Below, piece after piece: positions 50,821 through 61,289 of a stretch of 64,000 bases of DNA; the stretch's first letter is position 1, and each line of letters starts with the position of its first letter. This stretch comes from Camelus dromedarius (taxonomy: Eukaryota). Where the stretch lies: the NCBI RefSeq assembly GCF_036321535.1, contig NC_087437.1, forward strand, positions 58,406,001 to 58,470,000, read 5' to 3'. A model generated the notes under the pieces. The model was not told the origin of the DNA and did no database searches. It saw nothing but the letters and a program-made list of their open reading frames with translations. Both the position numbers and the translations under genes were made by a program.

Positions 50821-51949
50821 AAAATAGAAGAGAGAGCTCAGTCGGGGAGACAAGCTAAGACATTCATATTTAGGTAGGTGGTGGCCAAGGTCCTACATGA
50901 GAGATATTGCCAAGAGTGTGCAAGGATTTAAGAACTGATTGGAGAGGGGAATGGGTGGGACTCTTCATTGCATACCCATGTTTGTGATTCCAAAAGAAAA
51001 CTATCTCACTTAGCCACAAAGCTTTCTTGATACCACATACAGCCACCATTTTTGACCTGCAACACAGTGTGAAACGAATGGTGCCCCGCTGAGTTGTGCA
51101 GTGCATAATACATGCAACGTATATGAGACCTTCCAGCAGCCTAGTCACCCTCACCCACGACTTGAAACGCAACAGTTTCCTTAGTCAATATGTGTGCAGC
51201 CTTTATCACAGACTAGGGCTTTATCAGATTTTTCATGGAGTTGAAACACTAAGGAGAGACAGTCTGGAGGAGACAGCAAAGGAAACAGAGCTGGAAGGGT
51301 CTGGATAACCCCTAGAAGTCTCTTCATTCAACCACGGGCATTGCTGTGCAACATGTTACATTCTTTTCCTCAGTGGATGGGCTGATGGGATTAGCAGGAT
51401 CTGGCTGGGGGCGAAGAACATAAAAGACTTGGGTTTGGAAATCAGTAGACCTGGATTTTCTACCCAGGTCTCCCATTTTGCAGGTGGATGATCTTGAACA
51501 AATGGCATTGTTTCCACCTCGGTCTCCTGAAGGGTTTGCATAAGTATTACGTAAAAAACAAGCCAAGCTAGTGGGGTGAGGACACCCTTAGATGAAGTGG
51601 TTAGGGCAGGGCAGGCTTCTTTGAGGACGTGATGAATGAGTTGAAACCTGAAGGAGGAGTCAGCCAGGAGGGTGGGAGCCGGTGGGGGTGGGGAAGCATT
51701 CAGGGCAGAAAGGATGGCCACAGCAGTCCTCCTGAGGAAGGAACAAGCTTGGTGTGTTTGGGAAAGCCAGTGTGACTCATCCTAAGATTTTCTCAATGCC
51801 TCCAAGGAGAGGTAATTTTGTTGATAAAGTTTAAAGGGTCATTTTAAGAAGCCTAATGGAAACCAAAGGGCAGACAATGTTGTGCAGCAGCAATTTTCAA
51901 GTTTTTGTGTTTTTTTTTTTTTTTTAAGCATGAAGAAGTAATCATGGCA

Positions 51950-52232
51950 TGGACAGACATAGAAAACGAACTATGGTTACCAAAGGGGAAATGGCAGGGA
52001 GGGATAAATTAGGGGGTGGGGATTAACAGACACACATTACTGTATATAAAATAAATAAACAGCAAGGACCTACTGTATAGCACAGAGAACTACATTCAAT
52101 TTTATGTAATAACATATAATGGAAAAGAATCTGAAAAGAAAATATATATCTATGTATATGTATAACTGAATCCCTTTGTTGTACACCTGAAACTAACATT
52201 GTAAATCAACTACACTTCAATAAAAAATAAAG
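51950..52232 (+). mobile_element. L1 3' end, intergenic
   Basis: ctatggttaccaaagggg...tgtacacctgaaactaac...aataaaaa, homologous to 17670-17990. Confidence 0.85.
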
Positions 52233-52654
52233 TGATACAAATAACATATATTTTTAAAAAGTGAGTATGGTACAAAGCCAAGAGAAAATCTGTATGACCC
52301 TAAAATGCTGTACAAAACAGGAGGTGAGCAAAGTTCAAGCGGAGATACAGGTTTCTGCTTCTGGAGGCTGAAGGCAAAAACCAGACCTTTATGTGATCTC
52401 GTGAAATAAGCTCACAGGGCTCTAGTTTTATGATTTTACTCTCTCAGCTGCGGGAGGTGACTTTTCCTGTGATTGATGGTTGGGTTCAAGAGAAATTCTA
52501 GGAAAGATAAAAGGTCTTTTTGGAGGAAAGCGTGATCGTGATGGCAACCCACCGGAAAGCTGCCTCACCTGCCTTCCCATGTGGTGGTGCCACAAACATT
52601 TCATCCTGCAGAAAACAATGTGGAAAACGGACACAGCAGGGAATTCACAGGCAG

Positions 52655-52830
52655 AGGTCCTGGGTCTGAATCCAGCTCTAGCTCCTCTTCTTATGAGCTG
52701 TGTGCCCTCGGACAAGTCACTCAGCCTTTGGAGGATCTGATACCTTGTGAAAAGGAGGATAGTAATCCTTGCCCTGACTTCCTCCTAAGATTGTTACGAG
52801 GCTTAAATGGAAGAATGAAGATGAAAGTAT
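52655..52830 (+). mobile_element. MIR SINE
   Basis: cctgggtctgaatccagctct...agctgtgtg...ggacaagtcactcagcct. Confidence 0.65.
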
Positions 52831-53052
52831 TCCTCAGACCATGGCACCCTGTGTACAAAGCTGGGGGTCACAGCCCCGCAGGGTTAGGAGTCCCTGGGAC
52901 TTCGTAAAGCTGTTGCTTTATCTCGACATTATTGGTGGAGATCATGTCATTTTTTTAGCCAGAGTGAAAGACTTCACTGGAGAGAGAGAGAGAGAGACTG
53001 ATTTTAGAACAACAGAATGATAGATTTTACTTGTCTCTTTTGTACAGAATAA

Positions 53053-53058
53053 TTTATT
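53053..53058 (-). terminator. Candidate ATP13A4 polyadenylation signal AATAAA
   Basis: Three UGUA motifs lie just upstream (plus-strand taca at 53065, 53070, 53074) and a U/GU-rich TCTGTTGTTCT lies downstream. Confidence 0.6.
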
Positions 53059-55359
53059 ATAGCATACACTACATACAAGGCTCTGAATAAATAATCACTT
53101 TTTCCAGGTGTCACATCTGTGTGTGTGTGTAATGCACACTTCTGCGAGCACATAAGGACACAGATGGAACAGGCGTATTTCCAGTCTCTATTTCCATCAT
53201 CACATATTTAGTGAGGCGAGCCGGGAGTCCCGGTTCTTCTCTGCAGGTAAGAGCTGCATGCCTTGGAGTGAACATACAGGGGACTCTCTCAAATGATTTG
53301 GACCAGGTGGCTGTGTCCTTTTCTCCTCCAAGTCCTGGTCAGGAAAGATACTGGGCACAGGTAGTTCAGCCTTTGAGTTTGGAGCACTCTTGTGGGAGAG
53401 TGCTTCTTGTCCTCAAAAATTTCAAACATCATTTTCTAAGAAAATACACACATCAGAAGTATCTCCCTGCTGTTAATTTGGCAGTCAGGACCCCTCACTG
53501 TGCACCTCTTTTCCAGGTTCCTGTTCCCATCAGAAGCCACCCTCCAAGGTACAGAGCGGTCAGGTCACACCATGGGACCTCCCCAGCCCCGCTTCCCACA
53601 GGCTCAGCCTCATGTTCCGTGTGGGCAGCAGTAGCCAAGGGTTCCCACAGCAGCCTGAGAATGACACACTGGGCATATCAAGCCTGAAGGGAGCCCCGCA
53701 GGTAACTGAGTTTCATCCGATACTTGACCTCCTTTGCTAATTAGTCTTTGAATATCCACTGGAACCACCAACGTCACGGAGCTCACACCTCGTGAGGTCG
53801 CAGGCTTCCTCCTCTGGCCGTGCTGACCTGAAGTGCTTCCCAGCCTGCTCTTCACCCACAGGTGGTGACACTCAGTCCAGGTCAGTGCTTTTGTCCTCAA
53901 GGTAATCTCTTCAAGTATTTGAATACAATTCTCCCGTGCCGTGAACGCCCATTTTCCCAAGCTGAACACTTCCTGCTCTTTCCCTTACTGCATCTGAGAT
54001 GTAGTTAGTCTCAAGAACCATCTTTAGAAGGAGTCCCTTTTGCAAAGATTCTAGGGCTGGTTGGCCAGTGAGGAACCAGAGTCCTCCATCCCTATTCCTC
54101 ACCAGCTGTGTCTGACTCTCTGAGGGTGGAATCACTTTGGGTCAAGACAAAAGCAACACCGAGTTTCAGAAAAACAAACAGACAAAGCCCTGTGGTTCAG
54201 GGTTTTGTTTTGTTCTGAACACACCTCCAGCCCCAGCCTGGCAGGCTTCCTGGCATTCATTTAAACAGAAGGCCCTGGTATGTGCAAAGGCTCGCCTCCT
54301 TGCACCTGGCAAATAAGAAATTCACTCTTTGTTTGACGGCGAGGTCATGCCATGCACCCTGCCCTGCTGGAGCTCAGTAATTAGGAGGTATTTGGAAGTA
54401 ACAGAAGGTTCACTCAGAAGAGCTGTGTCTGTACTCTGGGTGTGCTCTCTTCTCCGTGCATCCCAGCTTTCTCACCTGCAAGGTGGGGATGGTAAGCCCT
54501 TCCTTGTCTGAGTCCTGGAAGAATATCACAATTCAGATGGCTAGAGGTGACAGCATTAGGTGAGGGGCTCCTCAAAGTATGACCGGAGCACCCTACTCTT
54601 GCTCATCAGTAGACTGTAGCTTGTCCCCGCCCACAATATTTGAAAAAGGAAAAAAACTATCAGTTTTAGGAAGAGACATATAGAACTGCCATCTCACCAC
54701 TCAGGCTGACTTTGTAGAAGGAAACATTTCTTTCTGTACCAAGGAAGACAGAGTCTGCATTCTGTTTTAATGATTCTTCACACCCTATTTTAAAACCAGA
54801 AGCAACCAGGTAACTTTGCGGCTGAGAAACACCATGTCCCCAGAATTACCGGCCATGCTCAGGAGTTCAGCCGGGGAAGGGGAAGCTTCCAGATGCTCTT
54901 GGTAAGTAGCAAAGCCAGTCAGGGACTCACTCCCTGCCCAGAACATGAAAAGTTTGCTTTAGCTTTCAAATACTATTTGTGGCTGGTTTTCTAGAATTCA
55001 GTGTTGCCTGCTGAGCTTCCAGAAACCTGGGTGCTGTCCATGTTGAATGAATCCAATATAACCAAATTGTAGTCGTGAGAAGATAAGGGAGATTTTTGTT
55101 TTCTGAAAACTAAAGCCTCAAACTTGAGAAATGTGTAGATTGCAGGAGGACATATGTTAATGGTAATGTGGAATGTTGATGCATGAGATTAACTTTTCTC
55201 AAAAATAACAGAGCAGAGGGGTGGAAATTCTGGGAGTTGTGCATGTGAGACGAGGGGTCCTAGGACACAGAAGTTCACAGGGTCAGGAGACAGAGTTTAG
55301 TGGGTGGTATTCGTGCTCTTTGATATGTGCTGCTTTCCTTTCTTTCCCAGGAATACAAA

Positions 55360-55533
55360 CCAGACCAACTACACAACTGGTGGGGCCCGATGCAAAGCAA
55401 AAGTGCGGGGACCCTTACTCAAAAATCAAGAGTTTAAAGATGGCAACAGCAGAGTATTAAACCAAGTATGGGGCCCTTTTGAGCAGGAGGCCCTGTATGA
55501 CTGCCAGATCACATGCCCATGAAGCCAGCCCTA
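55360..55533 (-). mobile_element. MER45A-like hAT-Tip100 MITE in the ATP13A4 3' UTR
   Basis: The reverse complement agggctggcttcatgggcatg...ttggtttaatactctgctgttgccatct matches recalled MER45A. Confidence 0.75.
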
Positions 55534-55534
55534 G

Positions 55535-55832
55535 TAAAGACAGTACTTCCCAGCTCCTTTGCCAAATCCCTGGTTAATGGGGTGTGAGTGATGGAAGCGA
55601 TATGGGCTACTTTGGGCTGAGGCAGTGAAGAACCCCCATCTTCCTCCCCCTCTCACGGCACACGAGGAGTCCTTGTATTGAGTTGGTGGAGCCATCAGGC
55701 TGGAGCCGTCACCACTTCAAGGAGAGCTATTCTAAAGAGTCACCTGGACCAAGAAAGAAACTCTCGAATGTTAAGGCACTGAGATCCCGGAGTTGCCTAT
55801 TATTGCAGCATCCACTTAGCCTATCCTGACCA
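55535..55832 (+). mobile_element. MLT1-type LTR fragment in the ATP13A4 3' UTR
   Basis: agaaactct...ttaaggcactgagat...gttgcctattattgcagcat...tagcctatcctgaccaata. Confidence 0.65.
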
Positions 55833-56348
55833 ATACGCAGAAGTCCAGAAATAGAAGGAAACATCTCAGATCTGAAAAGCACCACAAAGAGAAGGAAACC
55901 AGGCAGTGAAGATCGGTATAATGGTTCTTGTGTGTTTGTTTTTCCATCAATGAAATAAGAATTCAAAAAATGATCTTTAACATGTTACAGTTCTATGCTA
56001 TATACCCTCAACTCATTTAACAAATACGTTATCTAAGAAGAAAGATTACCTACGCTCCTCCTTCAGCCTCCCAATCTCTTGGCTCATTGCCATCCCTGGG
56101 ACATTCTTGATTCACTGAACACCTCTAGTACTTTCAGAAGCCAAGAGAAAACACTCTCCGAGGGCAGTGTTCTGCTCCGTAGAAAGTATTTTACCAAAAA
56201 GATTTTAATTTGTCACCATGCTTGGGGAAGTTTTTAATTCCCAAAACTCCAGCTGAATGTTCTAAGAGTCTCATTGCTTAAAAATCACTGAAAACGGTCC
56301 CTTTAGTCATCGTTTCTATGCTATATAACCTTGGATATCACATTGCCT

Positions 56349-56561
56349 TCACAGCTGTTCCTCGTTGCTCTCAAACACCGGGTTGCTGTAAGACACACCC
56401 CTGCCACATCTGGGCATGTCAGAGTAGGAGGTCTGGTTTATCGGGGGCCAACTGGGGTCATCTGCCAGGGCTCTCTGCCATACCCGATACTGGCTTTTTG
56501 ATTGATAGCCAAAACATCTTTTGATTATCATCCACAGGGCTCTATTTTCAATAATGGCCTC
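56349..56561 (-). CDS. ATP13A4: ATP13A4 terminal coding exon (EAIIENRALWMIIKRCFGYQSKSQYRVWQRALADDPSWPPINQTSYSDMPRCGRGVSYSNPVFESNEEQL*)
   Basis: ctttttcag|GAG acceptor; TGA at 56349-56351; includes ORF 56349..56531. The C-terminus NPVFESNEEQL matches recalled ATP13A4. Confidence 0.96.
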   Translation of the reverse strand, partial: EAIIENRALWMIIKRCFGYQSKSQYRVWQRALADDPSWPPINQTSYSDMPRCGRGVSYSNPVFESNEEQL

Positions 56562-56913
56562 CTGAAAAAGAAAAGAGTTACTCTTTACAGTCAGAAACTA
56601 AGTCTTTCCAGAGTACAGCCTTCCGTAGACCCTCATGAGGCACCACTGCACTGGCTGCTTCAAGCCAGCTTGACAAAGAACTTGAGCCTCCGACAGATCC
56701 AAGGTGGTTCCAAGCAATAGATCATGGCCTCTCAAACTTTTTCACTTAAGAAACTCTTTGGGGAGAAGAGAGAGGTACATATTTTCAAGAATCCAGAAAC
56801 ATAGCTTGAAGTAGTCTGCCTCCAGGATGAAATTTCTTCTGAATCTCATATGTAAATTAAACTTAAAAGCATCCAAATTCTGCAGTCCACTCCTTACTAC
56901 CTCCACATTTGGT

Positions 56914-57075
56914 GGGGGAAAGGGTATAGCTCAGTGGTAGTGTACATGCCTAACATGCATGAGGTCCTGGGTTCGATCCCCAGTACCTCCATTAAAAACT
57001 AATGAATAAATAAATAAATAAACCTAATTACCCCCCGCAAAAGAAAAGAAACAAACTAGAAAAAAGGAAAAAAAA
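56914..57075 (+). mobile_element. tRNA-derived SINE (camelid Vic-1-like) in the last ATP13A4 intron
   Basis: gggtatagctcagtggtag...ggttcgatccccagtacctcc, then (taaa)n, cctaattacccccc and an A-rich tail. Confidence 0.9.
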
Positions 57076-58939
57076 TTATTAATGTAAATGACATTTAAAA
57101 TTACTTACTACCAAATGGTACTATCCCTATAGAAAGATGTGCCACTTATATGATGTGGCTTGGGTGTACTCGAGCTGCACAGTCATGAACACAGGTGGAT
57201 AAAATTGGAATGTGGGCCTCAGTCTTGGAATTGGGCAGATCTGGGTTTGAGTCCCAGCTCTGACACCTACTATGGGTAAATTAATTACCCCATCTGAGCC
57301 TTAGTGATTAGAAATAATAATTCCTTCCTCTTACATTTGTCCTAAAGGTTAAACACCTTCCCTCACAATGCAGGGCATGGCTTGGCATAGCTGCCTCCCT
57401 TTACCATTCTTCTGAACTATTCCTTTAACAAATGGCTGTGCGTTCTGGCCTTATTCACATAAGCCTTCAATCTTCACTTACAAATATTTCACTGCAATGT
57501 GTTTTTTTAAGATTACAAAAGTTAAGTCTCTTTGGAAACATTTTGGACTGCCATTTATGTCATGAGTTAGACTGAGCCTCGAATAGAGCCCAAGTTATAA
57601 CTTGTAAAACAGAGTGCATGAGAGGTTATCATGTTAATTTCATTTTTTTAAAAATCATATGTGGTCAGAGAGGTTGACCATCTTAGAAGTGATCAGGAAA
57701 GAAATGAAGAGGAAAACATGGGGAACCGAGCGTCCCGCAGGATTGGAACTGGTTCTGGTGTCTATCAGTGGTGTCTTTGCTAAACTGAGTTAATTCTGTA
57801 GGATTCTACAGGGAACTTTGCTAGAGATAATAGTTTCCTAAAATCCACCCCTCTTTGACATCTGAATCTGCTGCCCATGGAAATGACAGAGAACAACTAA
57901 CCTGAATATTCCTCTAAAAACTGATCATCTGCTGACAGGCTGTTAAACGTCCACACAGCCATCTCATCTGCATCTTGCCAACCTCAGGGATCACCTTGCC
58001 AGACCTGTTACTCCACTTTCCCACAGCAAGATTATTTGTCCTTAATTAACAGAAGAACAATAGTTCTCCTTAGAGCTGGCATAAGGAGGATCATAGGTAT
58101 CCAATGAAAGGTTTTAAAATCTAACTCACCTCCAGGAAATCTTAGCAGGATTTAGACAAAACAGATGAACATACACACAGAGAAAGATTTGAGTGCTCTA
58201 TACCATGTCCTGAGCTTTTCTACAGTTCTAGAAGTAGGATGATCTGTATTGCTTTGTTGCCCTACAAGGAAACCACTGAGCGATGATCTGCCCTGTCACT
58301 CTACATTGTACATTAAATGCAGAACTAGAAACAAAAAGGAATGCCTTGATGAGATACCACTTCTTAAAATAAACAAACGAAAACTTCATTATACAAGCTC
58401 TTCTGATTGGCTGTTCAAGTAATTCTTACGTATATGAATAAACACATAAGTAATAAAAAGAGAGGGGTTAAAGCTATCCACGTTAGCTCCCCTGCCTGTT
58501 AGCAGGAGGTTAGATTATGAGACTCAGCAAAGTAAGGATAAGGTCTCACTCAAACCTGTTTCATGAGTATCAAACTACCCTCTCCATCTGCTGGGGGTGG
58601 GCAGGCTCACTTCTTACATTTAACAATTGAATAAGCCTTTACCCAGCTCCTATGAGAATAAAGCAGGGTTTCAGGTGCTATGGCTACCGAGATGACTTTT
58701 TGCCACCATAGTTTAATGGCAAGTGAAGAAATTTATACCCAAATAATGATAATGTTTGTCCTCTTTCTCCCTGTAGATTGTGATTGTGAGCTCTACCCCT
58801 CTGCCATTCTCCCTTTCACATCATGCCCTAGGACATAGCACGTGTTCGACAAGTGCTTGTGGAAAAAGTGAATGAGAAAATGATTGAGAGATACAAAGTA
58901 AGGAATGGTAAGTACCACAAGAGATAATATAAAAATGAT

Positions 58940-59150
58940 AGCTGATATTTACTAAGCACTGTGCTTTTCACTGTTCACATTTCATGGTCGCAGTAACCCT
59001 ATGAGATAAGGTACCATTATTATCATCATTTTACAGATGAGGAAACAGAGATGCAGAGAAGTGTAGTAACTTTAACCAAAGTCAGATAGCAGGAAAGGGT
59101 GGAGCCAGGACTCACACCCAGGTAGACTACTCCCCAGTGTATACTCTTAA
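58940..59150 (-). mobile_element. MIR SINE
   Basis: MIR core aaccctatgag...ccattattatcatcattttacagatgaggaaacagag. Confidence 0.8.
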
Positions 59151-59379
59151 CTGCAAATATACTGACAGTAGAATGGCTTCCTGCTGGGGGATTACGGCAG
59201 ACTTTGCTGCTTGATTACCCTACAGCCCATTCCTCTCAGCTTTTCCCTGCCCACCTAAAAAGAAAACAAAAAAATCATAAACAGTCTGAGCCAATCTGTC
59301 TAACTTTTTGGCATAGATCCACTTCCCCAGAATACTTTTCTTCTAAAGATGAAGATGAGATAAAGTCCTCAGCAATGAG

Positions 59380-59760
59380 ACATAAGAGGAAACCTGTTGG
59401 TGGGCTGTGAGACATTTTTTCTGCTGTCTGATAAAAAGTTTATACTTGAGGGGAAAAAGCTTGCTGGTGCCTCATCTTCCATATTTTTTCCTGCACTGAA
59501 AACAGAATGCCCAGAATGGGAAAACAGAATGGGAGCTAGCTGGGTACCATAAGCAACAACCACCAACACAAAAGGTCAGCCTCTAAGGATGGTGACACAG
59601 AAGAATGGTGGAAGAACGTGGATCCCCAAGGATGCCACAGAGTCACTAAACTAGACCTGAAGCCACTCACCTCCAATCTTCTTGTTAAGTGAGTCAATAA
59701 ATATCTTTATTGTTTAAGCCACTGTTAACTGAACTTAGTTACTTGCCTAACTGATTCAGG
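59380..59760 (+). mobile_element. MLT1-type LTR
   Basis: cttcttgttaagtgag...tctttattgtttaagccactgttaact...gttacttg...ctaactgat. Confidence 0.65.
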
Positions 59761-60004
59761 CATCAGGAAAAATTCATGAACAGGATAATGCCACAGCTGT
59801 GCCATAGAGGGTGGAATGGCATTTCAGTATGCAGAAATGGAGAAAGATGGTCTAGACAGGAAATGATGTGACTATGGACAGCGACAAGATATGTACATAA
59901 GGTTATCCCATAAAGGACGAGGATCATCTTCCTGCAACTCCATAAAGGACTCCCATGGTGATGCTCTATTATTAATTTGGTTTCTTTGGAGAGCATATGG
60001 TTTA

Positions 60005-60190
60005 GCATAGAACTTCTCAGTGTGGTCCCGGAGTCAGCTGCTTCAGAATCACCAGGTAACATATTAGAAACAAAAGCTTGTGTCAACTACAGACCTACTG
60101 AATCAGAAATGCTGGGGCAGGGCTGGACAATCTGTGTTTTAACAAGCCCTCCAGGGGTTCTGATACCCACTGTGGTTTGAGAAGCCCTTA
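60005..60190. mobile_element. MER5A-like MITE
   Basis: cagacctactgaatcagaaa...tctgtgttttaacaagccctccagg...tttgagaa. Confidence 0.8.
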
Positions 60191-60647
60191 GAAGTGAGAT
60201 GCTCCTTATCCTAATTCTGTCCTGTTCTGCCACCAGCTCCTGTGCAACCTTTACCCTGCTTAGTAAGGAAGGTTCCTTGAGCTTCTGCCTATAAAATACC
60301 GCAGGGAAGTCAGCCTCCAGGAGCTCTCAGCTCCCCATGAGTCGCCCCTCACTGGAACAAGCCTAGGCTTGTAGCTGAGAGCAGGAACAGGGACAGGTGC
60401 AGTCTTCTAGTTCATCTCTCCCACGAAACGGATGCCTTTTCTGGGACACCCCGCCCCCAAGAGTGGGCTTAAAGAAATGGAGATTGTATCTAACAGCACT
60501 GAAGGAGGAGAGAGTGAACCACGCAACGAGGGAAAGGAGAAATACAAGTTCGTTTTACTGAGGAAATGGAGCATAAAGAATAAACGTTGGGAAAAGCACA
60601 CTATGAATCTCATTTCCCATCTGTAAAGTGAAAATGATACAAGTTGT

Positions 60648-60952
60648 TAAGTGCAAGAAGCCACACACAAAAGGCCATCTACTGTATGATCCCCTTTATA
60701 TGGAATGCCCAGAATAGGCAAATCCATAGGGACAGAAAATAGATTAATGGTTGCTATGGGATGAAGGAGGAAGAAAGGGAAATAAGGAGCAACTGCTAAT
60801 GGGTACAGGGTTTCTTTCAGGGAGATGAGAATGTTCTGGAATTAGTGGTGGTGGTTGCACACTCAGCAAACATACTAAAAATGACTGAATTGGATACTTT
60901 CAAAAGGTGAATGTTATAGTATGCAAATCACACCTCAATTTCAAAAAAATAA
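60648..60952 (+). mobile_element. Old L1 (L1MB/MC-type) 3' end
   Basis: cagaataggcaaatccatag...ctgctaatgggtacagggtttct...ggttgcac is typical of these 3' ends. Confidence 0.8.
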
Positions 60953-61208
60953 ATTGAGTTGAGTCTTTATTTGTGAATTACAGAAAAAAAATAGGACCTT
61001 GTTCCATTCTCCCCAGCTCCACTTCTCAGATAAGAAAACTAATGCCTTGCTTGGAATTCATCAGAGAGAAACATCGTTGCTCATGTTGCCAAGGAAGGGA
61101 GCACCTTGCACTGTTGATCCTCCTCAGCTAAACCTCTTCCTTCTCCAGACTCCCAAAGAACGGCTCCACCGCCCCAACCAGTGTGTTCAGCAAACTGAGG
61201 ACACTTAC

Positions 61209-61289
61209 CTCCACAATAAGGGACACAATGAAATTGGAGCTGAGCATAATGATGATGTAGACCCTCCACAGGGCAGGCGTGCAGAGCAG
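61209..61289 (-). CDS. ATP13A4: ATP13A4 penultimate coding exon (LLCTPALWRVYIIIMLSSNFIVSLIVE), last TM helix
   Basis: ccag|CTG acceptor after a pyrimidine tract, GAG|gtaagt donor; 81 nt, phase 0-0. Matches recalled human LLCTPVLWRASIVIMLSLNFIVSLVAE. Confidence 0.93.

Larger units (their letters stand above)
53030..56348 (-). other. ATP13A4: Probable ATP13A4 3' UTR (~3.3 kb)
   Basis: Runs from the stop codon to the first canonical minus-strand AATAAA I found (53053-53058). The 3' end is inferred. Confidence 0.55.

Noticed and set aside
56914..56990. tRNA gene (A/B boxes, tRNA-Ala-like; also 25117-25190)
   Set aside because: It is followed by a SINE-specific AT-rich tail and an A tract, occurs in several diverged copies, and one copy has a TSD. 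It is a SINE head, not a tRNA gene.
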